Part shown: positions 50,400-61,596 of the stretch, in pieces
Layout: every line of letters starts with the position of its first letter
Position numbering within the stretch: the stretch's first letter is position 1
Assembly: GCF_009834535.1 (NCBI RefSeq)
Contig: NC_045697.1
Coordinates: 51,214,001-51,278,000 of the forward strand
Reading direction: 5' to 3'
DNA length: 64,000 bases
DNA from: Camelus ferus
Taxonomy: Eukaryota
The notes under the pieces: generated by a model
What the model was told of the DNA's origin: nothing
The model's input: only the letters and a program-made list of their open reading frames with translations
Databases searched by the model: none
Translations under genes and position numbers: made by a program

Positions 50400-53120
50400 G
50401 ATTAAAAGAGTCTCTGTTCTCTGATTAATGAAATTAAACTAAAAATAAAAAATGGAAAGCTCTCTGGATAACCTCCAAATATCTGAAAATTAAACAGTGT
50501 ATCTTAAAAATAATACACAGGTCAAAGAGGAAGCCTCCTGGGAAACTAAAAAATATTTTGAATTGAATGAAATATATCTGAATTTGTGGTATGCAGCTAA
50601 AGTAGTGCTTAGAGAGAAGTTTAAAACATTAAATGATTTAATGATTATATTTAAAAAAGAATAAAGTCAGTGAGGAATTAGAAAAAGAAGAACAATTTAA
50701 ATCAAAGCAGGCAGAATGAAAGCAGTAATACAAATAAAAGTAGAAATCACTGAAACTGAAAGTAGAAACAAGAAAATAAAACTGAAAGTTGGTTCTTTTA
50801 AAGAATCGTTAAAACTGATCAAGAGACAGAAGACATAGTATCCCACCCACGTACATTATTAAAAGGTTAATAAGGGTGTATTATGAATTACTTTGCCAAC
50901 TAATTTAACTTAGGTGAAATGGACAAATTCTGTGAAAAACACAAACTATCAAATCTCCCTGAAGATAAAATAAATAACCTGAATAATATTATATCTAACA
51001 GAGAAATAGTATTTCTAATTAAAAACCTTTCAGCGAAGAAAACTCCATGTCTGAATGGCTTTGTCCTCATCATTCCTACTCAACATAGTATTGAAGATCC
51101 TAGTCAGGTATGTTAAAAAAAAAAAAAAAAGCACAGAAATTGGAAAGAAATAAGTAAAACATCTTTCTTCACAGATGACATGATTGTCTATGCACAAAAT
51201 CTAAAAAAAAAAGATACTTAAACTAATTAGTGAGTTTAGCAAGGTCTCATATTTCTGTATATTAGAAATGAACATTTGAAAAGTGAAGCATTTTTAAAGT
51301 ATCAATTATAATAATACCAAAAACCAAGAAACATTTAAGGATAAAGTGTGTATGGAAACTATAAAACATTTATGAGAGAAATAAACAATAAGCTAAATAA
51401 ATGAAAATATATATACTATATTCGTGATTTGGAAGATTCAGTCCTATTAAGATGTCATTCCCCTCCCTCATTCCCCCAAAATGGCCTGTAGAATTCAACA
51501 CAGTTTGAATCAAAATCCTACCAGAGGTCGGATGGGTGTATCTCAGTGGTAGAGCGCGTGCTTAGCATGCACAAGGTCCTAGGTTCAATCCCCAGTCCCT
51601 CCATAAAAAAAAAAAAAAATCCTACCAGGCCTTTTTTTTCTTATTGATAGAAATCGGCAAACTGTTTCTAATATCTATATAGAAAAGACTCTAGAATACC
51701 CAAAACGATTTTGAAAAAAAGAACAAAGTTGGATTTCAAGACTTAATATAAAACTGTATTAACAAAGATATTGTGATATTGATGAAAGGATAGACATGGA
51801 AATTAATAGAATAGACAGTTTAGACAAAATCCATGTCTTGATTTTTCACAGAGATGCCTAGGTATCTTTTCTGAATAGAAAAAATACAGTCTTCTCAATG
51901 AATGGTGCTGGAACATTTGTATATACTTTTACAAAAGGAACTTCAACTCATGCTTGCACTTGATGCAAAAATTGACTTCAATTTGATCATAAATCTAGAT
52001 ATAAAAGATAAAACAATAAAACTCTAGAAGAGAACATAGAAAAATTTTGTGACCTTAGATTAGGCAAAAATATTTTCAATAGGACACAGTAAATGCAAAA
52101 TAAAAGAAAAAAATGATAATTTGGACTTCATCCAATTTAACGAATGTTTGTTCTTCAAAAGATACTGAAAAACCGAAGAGACACACAATCAGCTTAGAGA
52201 AAACATTTGCAAACCATATGTCTTATAAAAAGACTTGTATCCTGACTATATTAAGGATTCTCACAACTCAGTAATGAGAGAACACAAACAACTGGACAAA
52301 AAATGAGGAAAAGGTTTTTGACAGATATTTCATGGAATAAAATGCACTGGTGGCAAATAAGCACAGGGAAAGATCCTCAGTATCATTCACTAATCACTAA
52401 GAAATTGGAGAGTAAAACAATGTTATTTTGTCGTAGTAGACCAGGGAGGAGGAATAAAAGAAAGGAAAAACTGACAATACCAAATGTTGGTGAGAATCCA
52501 AAGCATCCAGAACTCTCATTCATTTCAGGTGGGAAATCAAAATGGCACTGTAATTTGTAAGTCTAGCAGTATATTTAAGTTACAAGTTTTAATTTAATAA
52601 TATATTAAAATTTAAGAGTATATTAAAATTTTAGAGTTTATAATTTAAATATACTCTTAACATATGACATGTCCTCATGTATTTATCTAAGGAAAATGGA
52701 AACATGCCTACATAAAGCCTTGTATTCAAATGTTCATTAACTGGTGAAGAGTTAAACAAGTTGAGGTGTATCCATATGATGGAATAATATTTTGTAATAA
52801 AAAGAAATGAACTACTGATGTATGCTATAGCATGCATGAATTTCAGAGGCATTGTGCATTTGTGAAGGAAGCTGCACTCAAAACTCTGGGTGACTCCATT
52901 TCATTCTGGAAAAGAAAAAATGAAACATCATGGTTGCTGGGGACAGAGGGTAGTAGTAAGGGATTGTCTATAAAAAGGGACAAGAGAAATTTTTGAGTAA
53001 TAGAAATATTGTCTATCTTGATTGTGGTGGTAATTATATATTTGTAAAATTAATAGATTTATACAACTAATAATGGGTGAATTTTATTCTAAATTATACT
53101 TTGATAAACCTGGCTTTCAA
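50400..53120 (+). mobile_element. Degraded L1 (L1MC/MD-like), ORF2 to 3' UTR, with internal deletions
   Basis: GAAATGGACAAATTC (ORF 50919 MDKFCEKHKL), CACAGATGACATGATTGTCTAT (RT FADD region), 3' UTR TATCTTGATTGTGGTGGT...AAATTATACTTTGATAAA. Confidence 0.88.
51525..51615 (+). mobile_element. tRNA-Ala-derived SINE (camelid vic-1 type) inserted in L1
   Basis: GGGTGTATCTCAGTGGTAGAGCGCGTGCTTAGCATGCACAAGGTCCTAGGTTCAATCCCCAGTCCCTCCA plus A-tail; perfect TSD AAAATCCTACCAG at 51512-51524 and 51616-51628. Confidence 0.93.
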
Positions 53121-53479
53121 AAAATTAATTGGATACAGAAGGAAAAAGAATGAGGGGAAAGAGTATAATATTTTCCTGGTTTTGCTCCTCTTGGGAAAAT
53201 AAGCAATTGTTTTAATTGAATCTTACAATTACTTGATTTTGATGCCAAGACTTTTTTCATTCCTTTCAAACTAATTAGGTTGCATGTGTATTTCAGACTG
53301 AATTACATATACCAGCAAGTTAATAATTTATATCTCAAAATAATAAAAATTACTATGATAGGTCTTTTGGAATTTTTATTAGAAATAGGGAAATAAGTTA
53401 TTCTTGATATTTTTCTTTGAGGATCTTAAGTTTTTTCTTAATTATTTGCTAAGATTACAGTAGGAAACTACACTGTCAT

Positions 53480-56400
53480 TTTTTTTAAAATGACAGACAA
53501 GTAAAAAAGTGAAATTTTCTCATTGATTTCACTCTTTGAGTACCACTGTTTATCACTTGGGTTTATGTATCTTGAAATCTTTTGTTTATGTTCTTGTAGG
53601 TACATACATTTTGTTTTTAAAATCTACTTGAGCAGACACATATCTTGCTTGCTTTTCTGAAGCTGGCATTTTTCACCTAATGTAATGTAATGTTGATATG
53701 TTTCTGCATCAATATTTGTATATTCATTCAGGAAATATTTTTAAGTACTTAATGTTTAAGGCTCATATTCTGGTTGTAAAGGACAAAGGAAGGACCAAAA
53801 TGTGATCCTTGCCCAAGTGAATTTATATTCAAGTAAGAAGAAGATAATAAACAAATTGAGGGGAAAATGTCACTATTGTTAAGTTTCAGAAAGATAAATA
53901 ATGAAGGCTAAAGAGATGAAAAGTAATGGAACAGAATGAGCAGGACAGGTGCATTAGGTAATTATGGTGTGGGCCTTTATATGTAGATTTGCTTTATTCT
54001 TCAGACAATATTTATTATTTCATAGGATAATTTATTTAATTATCTACTCTGTAGATAGGATTAAGTTTTTTTGTTATACTCAATACTATAATGAACATCC
54101 ATGTGCGTATTTTTGCTTACATGTACAAGTGTTTTTGTAGACTAAATTCCTAGAAGGAAAATTGCATTTTAAAATGTTGATTGTAGATTCTGCCAAATTA
54201 TCCTCAAAAAAATAGTATTTGTCAATGGATGAAAATTAATACCTCATTTTAATTTGTATTTACCTGATTTCCAGTAAAGTTGAGCATATTTATTAGTCAT
54301 TTGGTATGATTCATATAAATTGCCTGCACACAACATTTTGTCCATTGTGGGGTTTGCCTTTTCCTTCCTGAAGTTTTAGGAATTTTTTATAATTCTATTT
54401 ATAATATATACATCGTATTTTATAACATTGTCTCCCAATCTGTCAGTTGTCTTACTTTATGGAATCTTTGGATTTTTTAGTTTTATACTGTCAAAACCTG
54501 TTGATCTTCTCCTTCCTAGCTTCTGGGTTTTTTGTCTTTCCAGAAAAGCTTTCTTATAGTAATTTAGTCTCTTAAATTTTCTTCTGCTACTTCTTTAGTT
54601 TTATTTATGTTTCTAGCAGGTGTTAATTCATCTGGAATTTTTTAAATATATATTCTGTGGTTGGGACCTAACTAATTTTTCCAGCTTTATAATCATTCTC
54701 CCAAAATAATTTACTGAACAGTGTATCTTTGTTTTTCACTGACTTGAAAAACCACCAATATCATATTTTAAAAGTCCAAAATATATTTACTCTTGATTTA
54801 ATTAATACCCATTGTTTTGATGACTGACATTTTATATTTGACATCTGGTAGGGCAACCCTCCTCATTGTCTTTTTCAAAAAAATTTTGGCAATTTCTGTG
54901 TATTTTCTCTTCCAGATGAACTTTAGAATCAACATGTCAAGTTCCATTAAAAATCCCTTTGGGATTTTGATTGGAAGTGCATTGAATTTACAGATTAATT
55001 TGGGGAGAATTGACATCTTTACACTATTGAATCTTCCCATCCAGGAACATGGTATGCCTCTCCATTTCTTCAGGTGTTCTTTCATGTCCTTTAGTAAAAT
55101 TTTATCGCTTTTTTTTTTTCCATGTAGGTCTTACATTTTTCTTGTTAGGTTTATTCCTGGGTATTTTTTGTTGTTATTGTGAATTACATCTTTTCTTCCA
55201 TTTTGCACTTTATTTTTTCAATTTGTTATTGCTAGTAAACAGGAAATCTTGATTTTTTTTTATATTGATCTTACCATTTACTTAATTTTCAGTTGATTAT
55301 CTTGAAATTTGTAGAAGGATGGTGATGTTTTCTGCAAATGATGGCATTTGGTTGTTTCCTTTTTTCAGTATTTATACTTCTCTATTTTTTTTGCTTTTGT
55401 TTTTGTTTTTTTACTGGTCTTATTGCATTGGTTAGGTTTCCAGATCTGTCCATTACTAGTTCTAATTTGGGCATCTTTTCTGATTTAAATGGAAATTTTT
55501 AAACTTCTACATTTATACATGCCTTAGATTTCTGATAGAATACACTATCAGAAACAAAAGTGTCCTTCTTGGCTTAAGAAATACTTCCGTGGTAATAGAT
55601 ACCGAATTTTATCTTGTTTTGTTGTTGTTGAGATGGTACATATTGTTTTCACCTCTAGTATTTAGTGAATTACATTAATACATTTACCTAATATTGATAA
55701 TGGTGTTGCTAATTTTAATATTTAATCAGCAAGTGTTTGGATACTTGCAGTATTGAATATTGCATTGTGCCAGGAACTTTGCCACAAATTGGTGATAGTG
55801 CTGAGTAAGTCCCAAGTGGTTCCTCTCTTTTCTAATATGGAGAAGAGAGATAATAAGCAAGTACCCTAGAATAAGATAATTTTAGACTGTGCTGTACTGT
55901 GGAAATAAAAAGAGTGGTGTGATAGAGATATTAGGAAAGTACCTCCTTTGATATTGTCATCTGAGAAGGTAATATATGAATTAAGTCCTAAAGAATGATG
56001 AAAACAATGTTTTCTTTATGCTCTTTCATGTATGTGTTGTGTGTATACTTTTTCACATCTGCTGAATTTTCTGTTGGTGTGTTTTACTTAAGTTTTTGTT
56101 TTATTTAGTTTTTTGTTTTGTTTTGCTATTTCTGTTTGAAGTGTGTTAATAGTGTTGTTTATACTTATGAGCTAAGAAGTCTTACAATTTATTTTCTAGA
56201 CTTTGTAAATAATAATACTCTGTTCCTCCTGAAGGGTAGATCTGTGACTACCCTTAAGATTTCTTCTATGGATATATTCTATTTCTACCTTTTCTTGAGG
56301 TAATTTTGATAATTTCTTTTCTTAGAAAACCATCCATTTTATTTAGACTTTCACCTTTATTGATGTAGAGTTGTGATCAGTTTTCTAATTTTAATGACTC

Positions 56401-58200
56401 CTTATGTTTTTTTCATTCTCTTGTTTTCCATAATCAGACTTGTCAGGCTTCTTTCATTTTTGTCAGACTTACACAAAAAGCAGTTTTTTTGTTTTATTAA
56501 TTACTTTTGTATTTCTCTGAATTTCTTCATTTCTGTATTTATTACTATAAATTATATTGATATATTTTGATTTGTATTTTAATTTTGAAGCTTTTTATGT
56601 ATTTTAAATCTTTCTTGTGTTCTACCAACTGCATTTAAGACTTTGAGTTTTTCTTTAAGGACTGCTATGACCAAATTCCATTGGAAATAATATGCTCACA
56701 ATTTTAATTTTCATTTCCTCTGTATTCTGATAGTTTATTAATATGCTTTTTTCTTTTTAAATTTTTAAGTATAGTGTTATCCATGTATTGTTCATTTTTA
56801 GTTTCTTTTAGCTTTATGGACTAAGAGTGTAACCTGTATTAATTTTTTTTTGCCTAAGAGTGTAACCTGTATTAATTTTTTTTTTAATCTCTTGAGATTT
56901 TTCATTGCTTAAGATATGGTCAGGTTTTGTTTGTTTTCAAAGTCTGTGTATTCTCTGTTCATATGATATACTAAGTTCTGTTTCACTATGAAATATAAAT
57001 ATAGTTCATTAATTGTATTTTGGAATCCTCCATATCTTTGCGTAATCTACTTGCTTTCCTTATTTTCTGAGATGAGTATGTGGAAAGTTTCCCAGTACAT
57101 TGTGTCAATTTTCAAGTTATTTTTATTTCTAGTATTTTTACTTTATACATTTCTATGTTATATTGTTAGGTGCATAGAAGTTGATCTATCTCACACTCCT
57201 GGTATACTGTATCTATTATTATAAAATATTTTTTCTATATAATGCTTTTTACCTTGAATTCTTTATTGACTGATGTTAATAATGACATCTTCGAGATTGC
57301 TTTTTCATACCTCTGTTTTCAACTTTTATGACTAAGAATTTTTGATATCTCTTTGATATCTCTTTTATAATAGCATATAGTTAAGTTTTTCCTTTTTTAA
57401 AAAAAACCCTAATCTATGTGTCACTTTTTTTAAATAAGAGAAATTTTCCCACTCACTTTTATATTAACTTGATCTTTTGGTCTTTCGTCTTTTTCCTAAC
57501 ACTGAAAGTTTTGGCAAAGATGTATTTTCTTACTATCTTACACCCACATCCCCATTGTCTTTAACTGAATTTGAAAATTTTTTTTAATTGTTTCCCTTCC
57601 AGTTTGAAAAATATGTGTTTTCTTTCTATTTTTCAGCAGGCATTGAATTGAATTAAACATTATTTGTGACTAGTTGCTCCTTTTCCCTTAACATAGGCTT
57701 TTGGCATTATTTCATTCAATCTTCGCTTTCCTATTTTTAAAATAATTTGAAATTTTAGTAACAAGTTTATGTTATAATATGCTTTTACTTTTTTAACTTT
57801 AAGGAATTATCTACTAATTACTACCTGAAATGTTAAAAATAGATTATATTCTACTAGTTTTTTTCCTCACTGCTTGGTTTTATGATTCCAAGGCTGTCTT
57901 TTCCTTGGATTAATTTTTGTTGTTGAAGGCATATATTCTGTCAATTCAGAATTGTTTGTGGTTCTTAAATTTTCAAAGTGTTTACATCTTTAAAAACTTA
58001 TTTCATTCTACAGTTTAGAATTTTTGAAAATAATTGTGCTTGTGCTTTACAACTTTTAATTGCAAATTGTCTCTAGCATTCAGTTTTGTATTTGAGAAGT
58101 TTGACACCAATCTGATTTTTAATTCTCTTATTAACAGGCCCTCCCACCCCCTGAATCTTTCTAGACTTGATATTCTTGGAATTCTCAAATTTCACAAGGT
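53480..58200 (-). mobile_element. Long old antisense L1 (L1ME/L1M), with L2 fragments at about 53720-53940 and 55720-56000
   Basis: ORF 54798-55085 (-) encodes ORF2p-like KWRGIPCSWMGRFNSVKMSILPKLICKFNALPIKIP; flanks show degraded antisense L1 motifs. Confidence 0.8.
56821..56885. repeat. Tandem duplication, 33-bp period
   Basis: CTAAGAGTGTAACCTGTATTAATTTTTTTTT occurs at 56821 and 56854. Confidence 0.95.
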
Positions 58201-58204
58201 TATG

Positions 58205-58206
<2 letters not shown>

Positions 58207-58245
<39 letters not shown>
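58207..58245. repeat. (TG)n microsatellite
   Basis: About 19 uninterrupted TG units. Confidence 0.95.
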
Positions 58246-58246
<1 letters not shown>

Positions 58247-60029
58247 TAATCTGTATGTGTGTGTGTATCTAAATCTGCATTTTAACACCATCTTATAAGA
58301 ATTCTTTTTTTCTGAGCTGTTTTTATAACATTTGATGACTAATGATAATACCAGAAATAGGCTAAATTTATAATTAAATTGCATTATACTGTTGATACAG
58401 AGTTTAAGGAAATCTTTGAAATGATCTGTAACTTTTAATATATTCCAGAAAAATCCACATATAAACTCTAGATTTGAAAATTCCACATAATTTTTATTTT
58501 AAACATTAATAATTTGTTTACTTTATAGAGGTTACAATTAATGTCACAGGTTTCAAAATAAATTGCTGTAATTTCATACTGAATTATTGGAGGTAGATAA
58601 ATCCTTCGAAACATAAGAAGTCATGTTTTGTATTAGCTCTGTGAAAATGGTGCTGTATTTTCCATTATACCACTGATTTTTAGCACATTCCTAGATTAAA
58701 ATTTATTAGGTGGACAGGTAAGTATGAATGAAAGAATATAGGTATAAATCAGTGTTTTCCTAATGAATAGACTTTTGGAAGCTAAATTTATTTTTAGTCA
58801 GATTCACTTTAGTTTTATTTACTTTAATTTCAGGATACCAATACCATGTCATACTATTAATTGAAATTCTTTTTACAAGGACTTTAAGTGGATTTTTATT
58901 TTATTTTATTTCACTGTGTATGTAGATTAGTGTTCAGTGACTTTACTGAATATTTTATCTTAGTATAGAAAAAATATATCCGAAATAGATTAATTTTGGA
59001 ATAATTTACTCTTTAATAAGAATTATAGTATTTTAGCTGAGTTTTACCCTATTTAAGAATATAAAAAAGAAAGAGCAAAGACATTTTTATTAGGTTTCAG
59101 GGTCATGTACAAAAAAAAAGTTACGATGACTGTGATTGAATACATTTTATATACCTATAATAAATTGGTGATTGTATTCAAAGAGCTAGGAAGAGCACAT
59201 TCCATGTTTTTCTGGACTTTTTTAAGAGACATAATGTAAACTATTGAGAATTTATTCAATTTATATTATAAAATTATCATAGATTCAAATTGGTCTCTTA
59301 TATCCACCTTTCTATATGCAGCTTTTTAATATTTTACATGCAACAGATACTATTTCATAATGATAAATAATACTAAGATTCAGAAGCTATTATTATTTTG
59401 AATTATGTTTATATAGCCCATTCTCTATCACTGAATAAATGATGACACTTGAGTTATTATGTAACTCATGATGATGGCCTCAAGTCAAGTTGTTCAGATG
59501 AACCTTTATTTTTTTGGGTGAAATGGTATCAGTTATGATCTACAACTTCACCTTATGTTATTGAAATGACAACATTGGTCATAAACGTTAAACACTAACA
59601 TTTACCAAAAGTAAAAATCATAAAAAATACAAAGATTTCATCATAAACATTCTTTTGGAGGGATTTTTCTGCATTGACTGGAGTAAGAGAGCTTCAAATT
59701 TTAAGTATGGTGAACCTTAGATTGAAAATACCGTGTTTTCCTTGGAGCAAGTGTGGGAATTCTTTGTGATTCTCAAAATCTTTGTAATATATTCAGGATT
59801 TAGATCACCTTTCTTGAAATACAGATTACCATCTTGATATTTGGATTACCAGCTTGATATTCAATGGTAAATGGAGGGAAGTTTCCAGAATAACAAAAGC
59901 AACAGTAAATTGGTGGATAGTGATGGAATAGGAGGATGGGAAGTATTTAAGGTCAAGAAGTCCAAGTTCTGTAGTTTCTAGCATTCTCATTTTTTAAAGT
60001 ATGTTTATTCTCAAAGACTGACCCTTTTT

Positions 60030-60510
60030 CCTGTCCCCACCTTGCATAATCTTTCATTTGATGTATTGATCAAATGATTGATAAGTTCCTAATTAGTTTC
60101 TTTGTCTCTGTTGTCCTGTCTATCTAAAACCATCTTTCAGTTGTCTCTATCTTTCTAAAACATGAAGTATTTATTTTAATACTTAAATCCTTCAATATTC
60201 TATTGTATAAATTCTGAACTTCTCAGCACGATATTGAAAAGGCCCCATCTTCCTTAAGCATTTTTTTTTTTACCATTTTCATTCAGAATTGTTTTTTCCT
60301 TCCTCTGTACAATATTAGTATCTCTTTAGTAGTATTTTCCAGTCTTGTTTGATGTAGTTAGCTCTTTGTCCATAGAGTTGCCTTTCTATATTGTATATTT
60401 GTGGAAGGCATTGATTATTAAAAAAAAATCATTTTGTATTACCATTCTCCCGTGGCTATCCTACTGCTTTGCACAGAGTATGTAATTGGTGATGAATATT
60501 TATTAAATTG
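60030..60510 (+). mobile_element. L2 fragment
   Basis: TTCCTAATTAGTTTC...TCTTTCTAAAACATG...CTTAAATCCTTCAAT...AATATTTATTAAATTGA. Confidence 0.5.
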
Positions 60511-61359
60511 AGTGGAGTTTGTATATATGATGTATAGTTAATCAGAATATACTATATCGTATTCTTTGGCGTGAATATCAGTTTATTACACTACAAAATG
60601 GACTCCTCTTCTCTAATATAGCAGTGATAATATATTTATTCTGAAGATAATATATTTGTTTGGAATGTTATGCTAATGTAATGCTAACTTGGTCCAAATG
60701 GCCCTATATTTCCAAATTTTCATGTAACTTTGTGTTTGAGTATACAAGGATTGAAAATACCATTAATAGCATAAACAAATTCTTTCAGCCCTGACCATTG
60801 TTAAAACACCTTGGTTTTCATTCTTAAGCCTTCGTGTTATATGTATTTTGGGGAGAAGGTAAAAAATGCTTTGTTAATTGAATAGTACTACTGTTAAATT
60901 TTTTTTTAAACAAAAACAATCTCTGCAGTAAAACATCACCTTTAATCTCTAAGAACCAGAAGGATTAGTGTGCACAAAAGTACAGAGACTTCTATAATAA
61001 CAGACTCTGCAGATCTCTTCCTCACATGCAGCATTATCAAGAATTTGCCGCACAACTTTGTTTTTCCTGAAATACTTTATGGCTAATTGGTGACACTATT
61101 TCTGCATACTGCAACATGCATTTCTAAAAGATAAGGGCATTTTCTTACCTAACCAGAGTAATTCTTTCATACTATTTAATACCCCATTCATATTCATATT
61201 TCTTCACTTGCCTTGAAAATTTCAAGTAAGATCTACATTATTTTGCTGGTTTTGTCTCTGGAATCTCTTGAATTTAGAATACTTCTTGCCTTTTACTTTC
61301 TCTCTCTCTCTCTCAACGTGTTCCACATTTTACATTTGTCTGTTTGCTTCTGTTTAACT

Positions 61360-61596
61360 CAGTGGTTCTCACCTTCCCACCCCCAGGGTTTTTTGTTTTT
61401 GTTTCTGTTTTTGCTCCAAGGGAACATTTGGCAATGTCTGGAGATATGTTTTGGTGTCACAACCTTTGGAAGGTTGCTGTTGGCATCTAGTGGGTAGAGG
61501 ACAGGGATGCTGTTGAACATCCTGAAATATATAGGGCAGCTCCCAACAACAGTTTTCTGGCTTAAATGTCAATAGTGCCAAGATCGAGAAACACTG
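61360..61596. mobile_element. MER20 (hAT-Charlie MITE), within an old L1 3' UTR remnant
   Basis: TIRs CAGTGGTTCTC and GAGAAACACTG; internal ACATTTGGCAATGTCTGGAGA...GGCATCTAGTGGGTAGAGG...AAATGTCAATAGTGCC. Confidence 0.92.

Noticed and set aside
51533..51603. Possible tRNA-Ala(AGC) gene
   Set aside because: Poly(A) tail, 13-bp TSD, stem mismatches and position inside an L1 show it is a SINE.
58073..58486. 137-aa ORF, the longest in the track
   Set aside because: Non-ATG start, runs through a TG microsatellite (THTH) and L1 debris; no recognisable protein family.
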